From Hormiphora californensis (taxonomy: Eukaryota > Animalia > Ctenophora): DNA of 64,000 bases. How positions within the stretch are numbered: position 1 is the stretch's first letter; every line of letters starts with the position of its first letter. Below are positions 13,001 to 25,000 of the stretch, piece after piece. The position numbers and the translations under genes are program-made. The stretch lies in NCBI GenBank assembly GCA_020137815.1, contig CM035359.1, positions 4,402,001-4,466,000 of the forward strand. The letters run 5' to 3'. The notes beneath the pieces were generated by a model. The model was not told the origin of the DNA. It did no database searches and was given only the letters and a program-made list of their open reading frames with translations.

Positions 13001-16000
13001 CGATTTAATGAGAAGGAAAAATTTCATGATCGAAATTTTGAAGATCGTAGTAAGACATACGTGTAAAGATTGGCCCATAACTCCTGAACTATACTACCTT
13101 GAGACATCCCCAACCTATATGACTGGAGCCAAGGATGCTAGGAATACCGTAGAACCGTTTATTTTCTTTCAAATCATCAGTTTCTTGAAAAAACCACCGA
13201 AGGACAATATTTATGGAACAACCTAATAACACAGGTCCCTGGATATCTGGAGACTCTGATAGGGTTAGTGGGTGTTGAATATATGGGGGGAGAGGGGCAG
13301 GGAGAGGGGCAGGGGGAGGGGCAGGGAGGTAAGAAATTGAGGTAAGATACCGAATATATGATCGAGATGATTTTCAAAATATACCCATGGCTGCTTCACT
13401 CACCTTGCTCTCCTTACTAGTAAAATGGGTTCGAAGTGCGGAGAGATATTGAACCACTTTCTGCCTATCAGGTATACTGGACGCAGACAACTCTTTGGGT
13501 GTGAAGGGTGATACGATACCAAACTCTCTCTCTGTGACACTAAAAACTCGGTCCAAGACTTGATCACATTTCGATACTGCCGTGAAATTCCTGGGATATA
13601 TATAATTTGTACTATGAACGTTTGTAGCTTGGCGCGTTATGAAGTTGGCTTTCGCCAGCGCGAGCTGGCGATAGCCAACTGGAGTTTAATCGCCCAGCAG
13701 GGCGATTAAACTGGTTTAAATCACGACGCCGATCCCGAGATAATTAATTATCTAGTTAATTATCTAGTCAATCAACTAATTATCTAGTACACTCACAGTT
13801 TGTCCGGTCGGTATCGGTGGAGAAGTGCTGCGAATGCTAACCCGTTCCTCCAAGAAGTAGTCAGGTTACTGACCCTCACACCGTTATACCCGCACGTACT
13901 CTCTCTCGCCCAGTTTAGAAGTTTGCCGTGGTCCGCAGTAGTGGGAGGGGTGACCGAGACAGATGATGAGGGGGGAGCAGCAGCAGTGTTCGGTCGAACC
14001 GTCACTTGGACAGTTTTCCTCCTGTCAAGTCTCCCACGGCGCTTAACTTTTCCATCAGAACTGTGTAGATGGAATCACGTGTCAGTTGTATGATGTATCA
14101 TTTGTCTAGCCAGTCAGGAGAAAGTGTAAAATTTATCCGAAAACTTGGTGGTGTTCAAAGATTTATCTTTCTTCCCGAAACGAACCTATAATTTGATACT
14201 TGTTGATGTACTAGGGGACCCTACCTGTTTGATATTTGTTGATGTACTAGGGGACCCTACCTGTTTGATATTTGTTGATGTACTAGGGGACCCTACCTGT
14301 TTGATATTTGTTGATGTACTAGGGGACCCTACCTGTTTGATATTTGTTGATGTACTAGGGGACCCTACCTGTTTGATATTTGTTGATGTACTAGGGGACC
14401 CTACCTGTTTGATACTTGTTGATGTACTAGGGGACCCTACCTGTTTGATACTTGTTGATGTACTAGGGGACCCTACCTGTTTGATATTTGTTGATGTACT
14501 AGGGGACCCTACCTGTTTGATATTTGTTGATGTACTAGGGGACCCTACCTGTTTGATATTTGTTGATGTACAAGGAAACCCTACCTGTTTGATATTTGTT
14601 GATGTACTAGGAAACCCTACCTGTTTGATACTTGTTGATGTACTAGGGGACCCTACCTGTTTGATATTTGTTGATGTACTAGAGGACCCTACCTGTTTGA
14701 TACTTGTTGATGTACTAGAGGACCCTACCTGTTTGATATTTGTTGATGTACTAGGGGACCCTACCTGTTTGATATTTGTTGATGTACTAGGGGACCCTAC
14801 CTGTTTGATATTTGTTGATGTACTAGGGGACCCTACCTGTTTGATATTTGTTGATGTACAAGGAAACCCTACCTGTTTGATATTTGTTGATGTACTAGGA
14901 AACCCTACCTGTTTGATACTTGTTGATGTACTAGGGGACCCTACCTGTTTGATATTTGTTGATGTACTAGAGGACCCTACCTGTTTGATACTTGTTGATG
15001 TACTAGAGGACCCTGCCTGTTTGATACTTGTTGGTGTACTAGGGGACCCTACCTGTTTGATATTTGTTGATGTACTAGAGGACCCTACCTGTTTGATATT
15101 TGTTGATGTACTAGGGGACCCTACCTGTTTGATATTTGTTGATGTACTAGGGGACCCTACCTGTTTGATATTTGTTGATGTACTAGGGGACCCTACCTGT
15201 TTGATATTTGTTGATGTACAAGGAAACCCTACCTGTTTGATACTTGTTGATGTACTAGGGGACCCTACCTGTTTGATACTTGTTGATGTACTAGAGGACC
15301 CTACCTGTTTGATATTTGTTGATGTACTAGGGGACCCTACCTGTTTGATACTTGTTGATGTACTATAGGGGACCCTACCTGTTTGATATTTGTTGATGTA
15401 CTAGGGGACCCTACCTGTTTGATACTTGTTGATGTACTAGGGGACCCTACCTGTTTGATATTTGTTGATGTACTAGGGGACCCTACCTGTTTGATATTTG
15501 TTGATGTACTAGGGGACCCTACCTGTTTGATACTTGTTGATGTACTAGAGGACCCTACCTGTTTGATATTTGTTGATGTACTGGGAAACCCTACCTGTTT
15601 GATACTTGTTGATGTACTAGGGGACCCTACCTGTTTGATACTTGTTGATGTACTAGGGGACCCTACCTATTTGATATTTGTTGATGTACTAGGGGACCCT
15701 ACCTGTTTGATATTTGTTGATGTACTAGGGGACCCTACCTGTTTGATATTTGTTGATGTACTAGGGGACCCTACCTGTTTGATACTTGTTGGTGTACTAG
15801 GGGACCCTACCTGTTTGATATTTGTTGATGTACTAGGGGACCCTACCTGTTTGATATTTGTTGATGTACTAGGGGACCCTACCTGTTTGATATTTGTTGA
15901 TGTACTAGAGGACCCTACCTGTTTGATATTTGTTGATGTACTAGAGGACCCTACCTGTTTGATATTTGTTGGTGTACTAGAGGACCCTACCTGTTTGATA

Positions 16001-19000
16001 GTTGTTAATGTACTAGAGGACCCTACCTGTTTGATATTTGTTGGTGTACTAGAGGACCCTACCTGTTTGATATTTGTTGATGTACTAGGGGACCCTACCT
16101 GTTTGATACTTGTTGATGTACTAGGGGACCCTACCTGTTTGATACTTGTTGATGTACTAGGGGACCCTACCTGTTTGATATTTGTTGATGTACTAGGGGA
16201 CCCTACCTGTTTGATATTTGTTGATGTACTAGAGGACCCTACCTGTTTGATACTTGTTGATGTACTAGGGGACCCTACCTGTTTGATACTTGTTGATGTA
16301 CTAGGGGACCCTACCTGTTTGATATTTGTTGATGTACTAGAGGACCCTACCTGTTTGATATTTGTTGATGTACTAGGGGACCCTACCTGTTTGATACTTG
16401 TTGGTGTACTAGGGGACCCTACCTGTTTGATACTTGTTGATGTACTAGAGGACCCTACCTGTTTGATACTTGTTGATGTACTAGGGGACCCTACCTGTTT
16501 GATACTTGTTGATGTACTAGAGGACCCTACCTGTTTGATACTTGTTGATGTACTAGGGGACCCTACCTGTTTGATATTTGTTGATGTACTAGGGGACCCT
16601 ACCTGTTTGATATTTGTTGATGTACTAGGGGGCCCTCCTCTCGGTTGTATAGATGAAACACCTGGAACTGCTGAGCGCTGACTGTCCAATAGTTGTACCG
16701 TGTATTCGGATCGATCGTGTATTTCTGATGTCTGCAGGGGGAGGAGAGGTTTAGATCTTCTGATGTCTATTGGCAGTAGGAGGGGGAGATGGGGCAGTAA
16801 TTTCGGTCCGGACTGTCAACCGGATGGCGGATATTTATAAAGCTTTGGCCGAAAGTTTCAGGTCTCATTCGAACCACCAATTCGAGTTTCTGTACTCACT
16901 TGGAGCTCAGCTTTCCCGGGGTGCACTGTGGGAGAAGCTTGAATAGACTCTCCCTCTCTCGCAACACATCGTATATTGGCACACCTTGAATCAAAGTGAG
17001 ATTGTTACTTTAACCAAGAAGAGCAAGAGTGAGATTAGTACAATAACTAGGGTGAGAGAAATCTGAATTGAGTTGGTCAGCCTAGTAAAATAAATATCAA
17101 CACTTCAGTAAGATAGATAGGTCATTCGTAAAATCAGGATATAGTGTTAAAATGAATGACCTAAACTTATATTTCGTCAGCAAATTATACACAGTACAGG
17201 TCTAAGAAAGGACACATTGGGAGGAGCTTGCTCTACCCTTTTTCTGTAAATGATGGTTAGAACATAAAAACTTGATATAGGAGCCCTACCTTCGAAGTAT
17301 CTCTTGAACATCCAAGCTGAGTTTAGCGCGGAAAGAAAACCACGAGCACAACCAGTCCCTTGTGGCCAGAACGGCTGAGAGTGAGATAGGTTGGTATAGA
17401 AAAAAAAATTTTCTCCTGAAATAATATCCGAGTCTCTCTTTTCTGATTGAATATGAGACTCTTATCGAACGTGGAAACACATGAACTTATTAGTATTAGT
17501 GCATACCTCAAGGAGAGAATCTCCTACTAGACACATCACCAATTTCTCACCACTTCTCTCGACTACCAGAGTACTATTGGCGGCAATCTGAAAAATGAAA
17601 TAATACGTCAGTTAATTTGAAGTTTGTCCTTGGGGCAGCAAGAGTCTTCACTCTACAGTTCACCACGGTAATTTTAGGGGGGGGGGGTAGCGTAGGGGTC
17701 GTTCACGAAAAAAATTATGAGCCTATCTGGTACATTGCTTTTCGAACGTAGAATTCAACGCACCCGTCACTCATGCATTGATTTTTGAGGAAAGCGGAGT
17801 CAAAATTGGGAGATCTCATAGTGCAACGCCTCTTAAAATATATGTTGAACACAATATACAATTATATTATATTATATTACCTCGACCAAAACGCGGAGTT
17901 TTTACGTCAGCCGACCCGAAACCTGATTAAATTTGGCCACCCGCTGGTCTCAGGGCCTCCAAATATGTCAAAATATGTCTGAATTGTCATTTGGGGTCAT
18001 TTAGACCTTTTAATTACATGTAATTACCCTTTAATTACATGTAATTACATTTTAATTACATGTAATTACTTCCAATTACTTCAGCACCTCGAGAGCTTTC
18101 GAACGCACCATAGAACACCTTTCTACTCCTTCTAATTGCCGAGTTCTGTATTATACCCCTTATTTTCACTGTTTTTCGCGTCCTACCCCTTATAGGTTTG
18201 GGCACACCCATCGCCACACCCCCTATACGTCGCGGGACCTCGAGACCTTTCCAACGAGCCATAGAACACCTCTCTACTACTTCAGGGGGCTTCAAAACTT
18301 TCACTCTAAAAATATCTATGGTTTTATGGTTTATGGTTTTATGGTTTTATGGTTTTTTTTTCATCTGGTATTAAGGGCCTGTCGGCTCGGCCCCGTTGTT
18401 TTAGTTTTAGGGGGGATGTTTTAGTGGGGATGGGTTGAGTTTGGGTTATATTCGGGTCGGGGGGCCTTGCCAGGCCCCGAATATATTCATTAACAACAGA
18501 GTTATGTTGTCCGTTAGCGTATTATATAGGTCTTTAGGGCTCTATCTACATTAGTGCTGAGTCTGTAATAGGTTTTAGGACTGTAATAGCAGTTTTACTA
18601 ATGTTAGGTTGATCACGGTCTTCCTGAGTTTACTCTCCCAAACCCGATCCTATACCGGTGGACAGTTCCTGATGGAGAGGGAGGGGGGGGGCTATTCTCC
18701 TAGTGCCGGCGATATCGCTTTCCGATAGTCCCCTGTGAGCTTGCCGTTGGCAAGCCCAGGCACTCTGTAGATAGATAGACGGTCTTCCTGGAACGTCCAA
18801 AGTATAAACATGCTCTGCATAAACTGATTGTTGGGTGGCCTTGCTATAGCGGGGTGGTTAACGTGCTCGGACGCCTAACCGTGTTCGATGCGGCCTCTAC
18901 TACTTTCGGGCAGGTCTTCCTCCAGACGCAGCAATCACAAACAAACAAATAAATTAATGTCGTTTGAGACTCCATTACAGTTAGCTTCTAGAATAAAAAT

Positions 19001-22000
19001 GCGGTATCTTAATTTAAAGATTGACAAGATACAAAGCTTAAGCTTTTTCGTCTATCGTATTTTTTCGATTTGTCATTGATTTTGGGCATTTTTTAGTATG
19101 GGGTCTACTGTCAAATGAGTGGTGCAATTTGAGAATTCATACTGTAATATCTTCGCCCTCCTGGTGAGATACAGAAACCGTTTTGCTGCATGGTGTTGGA
19201 AAGGTAGCCAAGATCAAGTCTTAATCTTATGAGGAACCGGAAACGTGAGTTTTGATTTGCGAGACGCAGTGAGTGTGCCTAGTAATCTCAGTGCTGGCAG
19301 TATCGGTAGACCCCCTTTTTTCTGGACGATGTTGAATGATCTATTATGTCATTGGTTTCACTATCACTATCACTTGGGCAAGAGGTGACATTTATGTTAG
19401 GTTATGTGGCAGGTCGGAAGAATCTCGACACCGAAATATATATGTATTTCAAATACATATGTATTTCAAATACACATGTCTATTTCAACTGAAATATATA
19501 TGTATTTCAAATGCTAATGAGGGGGACATGTGATACGATTCTGGGACGCCTTATTAGCAGTGGGAGACAATACGGGATATTAACCATGTGATTTGGGGAA
19601 GCTTATTAGCAGTAGGAGACAATATAGTAGAGGCAATAATTACAGTCACCTCCTCTGATTTCTATGAAACTTCTCCCATGCTAAGAGGTGGCAATAGAGG
19701 TTCAAATACCGCAGAGTTTAAGTCTGAACAATGTTCGGTTCGTTAATTATCGCTAATTGAAAAACGCAAAAATGGCCTAAAATCGCCCTAAGTTCCGAAT
19801 TGAAATTTTGGAGTTGAGACTCCAGACTTCGTAGAGATGTCCGCTAGGATGACAATATGCACCAAAATCGGACGGAAGCCTAAATTCGTCCGAATTCGGT
19901 ACGAAAAGCCGGGTAGACTGATTTTTGGTCACGTGACATGGGTCCAAAATCAGTTTTTTGCCATTTACGCCTTTCCTGTACGTCGGAGACAAAAAATATG
20001 GCCAATACTTGTCATTTCCATCGCTTTCTGCATCTTTTAAGCCCCCTATAAACATCCCTTACTTCAACGGTTCAGAAGTTAGAGTTTTTCAGGAGACTAA
20101 ATGACGTCACTTCTGAACCGTTGGAGTAAGGGATGTTTATAGGGGGCTTAAAAGATGCAGAAAGCGATGGAAATGACAAGTATTGGCCATATTTTTTGTC
20201 TCCGACGTACAGGAAAGGCGTAAATGGCAAAAAACTGATTTTGGACCCATGTCACGTGACCAAAAATCAGTCTACCCGGCTTTTCGTACCGAATTCGGAC
20301 GAATTTAGGCTTCCGTCCGATTTTGGTGCATATTGTCATCCTAGTGGACATCTCTACGAAGTCTGGAGTCTCAACTCCAAAATTTCAATTCGGAACTTAG
20401 GGCGATTTTAGGCCATTTTTGCGTTTTTCAATTAGCGATAATTAACGAACCGAACATTGTTCAGACTTAAACTCTGCGGTATTTGAACCTCTATTGCCAC
20501 CTCTTAGCATGGGAGAAGTTTCATAGAAATCAGAGGAGGTGACTGTAATTATTGCCTCTACTAATACGAGATATGGAACATGATTCAGGGAAGCCAATCA
20601 AGAGTGTTAGACGATATGAGACACGATTCGGGGAAGGTTTCTATCGCTTTCCATCCCTATGACCCTATCTGTGTGTCTCTCTGTCTGTCTCTCTTTCTTT
20701 CTCTATCTCCCTCATTCTCTCTCACTTTCTCCAAGGGAGAAAGATAAACATGGACAAAGAGAGATACCCATAACTTTTTCTCGAATGAGAAAAAACACGG
20801 TTTAGCCATGCGAATTGAATAGAGGATATCTTCTTGACCTCCCTGACCATTAGTCCTTCAATGCCGCCACCTCCTTCCAATCCGGTTTTTCTAGCTAAAC
20901 CGACAATATGCAAGAAACGACCGATAGGCTAGGCGCCTACATCTACCTGTTAGGAAAGCGGCGAAGCCTATTTCCACGGAGCTCAACTGTTTTTTCTCAT
21001 TCGGTAAAAAGTTATGGGTATCTCTCTTTCTCCATGTTTCTCTTTCTCCCTTGGAGAAAGTGAGAGAAAATAATAAATAATAAAAACTCGTACAGTTGGC
21101 TTGATGTCCCTTTTACAGGCTCCTCAAAGCCACTGATGAGTGATGAACACATGTATTTCTACACGTGAGCACCTTACAATTACACATTAATTAATTAATT
21201 AGTGTGACACCTGTACGACTAGGTGAACCATTGCAACGAGTACACTATCCAGGTAAATCCCCGTACCAATCATAACTTGGTTAGACGACGTGCGCTAGAC
21301 CAGAATCGAACCCTGGACCTAGCGCATGGAAGGCCAGTGTGCTACCACTACACCACCCCGCCGACAAGAGAGAGAAAGAGGGAGATAGAGAAATAAAGAG
21401 AGACAGACAGAGAGACACAGAGATATGGATAGGGTCATAGGGATGGAAAGCGATAGAAACCTTCCCCGAATCGTGTCTCATATCGTCTAACACTCTTGAT
21501 TGGCTTCCCCGAATCATGTTCCATATATCTCGTATCGTCTCCTACTGCTAATAAGCTTGCCCGAATCATATGGTTCATATCCCGTATTGTCTCTCACTGG
21601 TAATAAGGCGTCCCAGAATCGTATCACATGTCCAAAGTTGCTGCCGATTGTTCATGCCCACATTGAAGATACTGCACGTAATACCCCTCCCCCTCAATCA
21701 GGTGTCTATGTCACCTCCCCCTCATTATGTTATTTGTGCAAGTGTCATCTCCCCCTGCAGTCCTCACTAATCACCATAATACATCGGCCGGGGGGGGGGG
21801 GGGGTGGTACTCTGGAACAAGACAACATCCTATCCAGCGGAACCTTTTACTACAATTTATTATAATACGAACGGAAAACACATTTTTGGAGAAAGAATAA
21901 ATTTAAAACACATTATTAGTCATTAGACGATCTTCTGGCAAGAGCTCATCTCATCGTTCCACAAGCTCGGCACACCTCCCTGCGCTCCCTCTTCTATAAC

Positions 22001-25000
22001 AATGAAATCTCCTTCGAAGTTATAATGTTCGAAGCACTTCCAATTTCCGCACGCTGCCCAATAAGAGGAGACCTGGTCGTTGAACTCCATCTCCCCGCTA
22101 ACACCACCTAGTCGAGGAGTGTCCTCGGTCAGGATCCTGAACTCTCCACCGTAGCCGTAGTGCCGGAACAAAACAAGGGTTTCCAGGGGGCAGTCACAGT
22201 GGACAGCAGTCACCAGGAGGGTTGCACAGAGGACAATGAACAGCTTCATATTGAGTAGGTAATGGGTGTTCATTCAGACTTCAGAGTCGGTGTTTATAAA
22301 GGGCCAGGAGCAGGAGCTAATGATATTATCAAAGAAAACACGGTGATATATTCCCCCGGCCCCTTAACTAAGTTTATGCAGCTCAATTTATCCACTGCTA
22401 TTATTTTGCGGGAAAACCAAAGAAAACGAATTTTTGCGGATATATTGAGCTTTTGCAGCTAACATAATTTACTCGAAGATGCTCAACAAATATTTACAAT
22501 TACTGTCCGAGCTTTGCAGGACGAATAATTAGCCAGTATATCTTACTATATAATGCAAAAACACCCGAAACTTGATCCCACCCATGCATGTTTGGTGGTC
22601 CCTAAATCGTCGTCATCAAGATCAGATCACGTAACAAGTAGCATGCTAGGAGCACCCCACATGCATGATCAGATCACCCCACTGAGGATCAGATCCCCCA
22701 CCCAAGATCAGATCATCCCATAGAGGATCAGATCACCCCACCCATGATCAGATTACCCCAGTGACTATCAGATCATCCCAGTGAGTATCAGATCCCACAT
22801 TTCACCCAGTAGTCCACTGTGCGTGATGAGATCCCCCATATAAAATAGGCAAAGACGTGACGACAGAGAAATTGAGATAAAAATGAAGAGAGAGAGAGAG
22901 AGAGACAGAGAGAGACAGAGAGAGAGACAGAGAGAGATAGAGAGATACAGAGAGAGAGACAGAGAGAGAGACAGAGAGAGAGATAGAGAGGTAGGACTAA
23001 GAGGAAACTGAGAAGTGAGAGGTATGAACAACGATCAGTTTTATGCCATCCGTAGGATGGCCTGGGTCCACTAGTTTATTCAATGAGGTTTTGCAGGAGG
23101 GTGAGATTCCTTCTCACGCTCTTGAGATGCAGGCCGCGGCTAATGTCTATTTTTAACCCCCTAGTTCCATGCACCGAGATTCTGCAAAATTTCAGATATT
23201 CTGCAGATACTTTGCAAAATCTTTTGGATTTTTTTGCGAAGTATTCGCAGAAAAACCAAGCTCCTGAATTAGCCGAATATCTGCAATTTTGCAGATATCT
23301 GCAAAATAGACGTCGCCCAGTCTGTCAGTTGCAGGCGAAAGGGGGTGCAACCACACTTATATGGGGTTACACACTGAAGGGTCATCAGTTTCATACGGGC
23401 ATGAGTGAACAGCGTAAAAATGATATTGCCCCAGATTTGAAGAAAACAGAAAAAGTGTGTAGCTTCACGAAGATCGAAATAGAGAGAGAGAGAGAGAGAG
23501 AGCAGAGAGGAGAGAGATAGAGAGAGAGAAGAGAGAGGGAAAAGAGGGGAGAGCAGAGAGAGGGAAAAGAGCGAGAAAGAGAGGAGAGAGAAGATAGAAA
23601 AGCGGTTTCCCCTTCCCCAGGGAGGGGAGTCTCTTCCTCTCTCTCTCTCTCCTCTCTCTCTTCTCTCTTCTACTCTCTCTCGCTCTCCTTCTCTCCCCTC
23701 TTTCTCTCTCCCTCTTTCTCTCTCTCTCTTCTCTCCTCCCTCTCTCGCTCTCCTCTCTCTCTCTCTCTTTCCCCTTCTTAAAACTCAACAGGGTTTAGAA
23801 TTGGGGGCCAACTTCTGACTGGAAGAATCCCTTCTGGGCGCAGATCCCCAATCTGTGTGTCCAGGGAGCGATGTCTTCTCACAAGTTAATCTGGTGTGCC
23901 CCAGGCCTGTCCTAGCTCCCCTTCTTTTCTCTTATGGGAACCTTGCCAGTGGTTTAAAAATTCCCCTATTCGTTTGTTTGCAGACGCGCTAAGGGTTTCC
24001 CAAAAAAATCCACTGAGGCACAGAACCACTTTCCCGAGGACTTAGGCAGATATGATCAGTGGTGGCCCCAAAGACACATTATGCACTACACTCTAATAAG
24101 TACCCCAGTGTTTACAACATGGTGTAATTTAAGGGTTAATGGTCTCAACTTTCTAACGGACACAAACCGTTTTCACCACGAACTTCCGAGCCCGGAGTTA
24201 AATGGTGATACTGGTCCAACTGGAAGAATCCTCACAGAATTGTGGTAAACCAAACCGTTTCTGGTAGATCTGACTCAAGTTACATTTCAATTTTAAACAC
24301 AGGGTTGTTTCTCCTCAACTTTTATTCCCTAATTTAAAAACCTGTTACAGGATTATCCCACGACATCTGAGCTGCTCTCTCCAGATAATATTGATATTGA
24401 TCAAGCGCAGCAGTTCGCCAGGGTAAGTGTTGTATAGTGGACGATTGATGGGAGAAACCCATTATACATTGTACAAGTACATTGTACATTGTACAAAATG
24501 TAGTAATGTATCTCCTGTCTACATATAATAAACTATACTTGTCTATACTCGTCTATACTTGTCTATACTCGTCTATACTTGTCTAAACTTGTCTAAACTT
24601 GTCTATAAATTGTACAATATGTACAATATGTACTTGTAATATCACTGTACAGTTTTTTACTATTTCTACCAGCATGCTCTATAGTGTAGGTGTGTATATC
24701 AGTGTCACGAACCCTTATAAGTGTAAAAAAAGTTAAAGCCTCCAAAGAAGTACACATCTTTTTTACTGTTACCTCATTCTTGTCCTTGTCATCACCTAGC
24801 TAAGATAATCTCTGTATTTTCGCGACAAAGTCAAGGATAATATCTTGAATTTTTAACAATCCATCCTTCAGGAGGTAGCAGCATTTGCAACCAATCTGCC
24901 TATTTTGGAGTTCAAAAGATCAAACACTGGAAAACCTGATTTGGCTGTTTTCGACTTTTCAGCTATAAAGGTGATTAATGAAGATTTTAAACACTTTTAG

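Noticed and set aside
13404-14060. Separate EHBP1/MICAL-like CH-domain gene
   Set aside because: The exons splice in phase to upstream monooxygenase exons ([16 protein letters not shown]), so they belong to the single MICAL gene.
14145-16689. Long ORFs ([12 protein letters not shown])n and ([12 protein letters not shown])n
   Set aside because: By-products of the 36-bp intronic array; the MICAL frame has a stop in every unit.
21291-21361. Functional tRNA-Gly gene
   Set aside because: Acceptor and anticodon stems are mismatched; kept only as a pseudogene.
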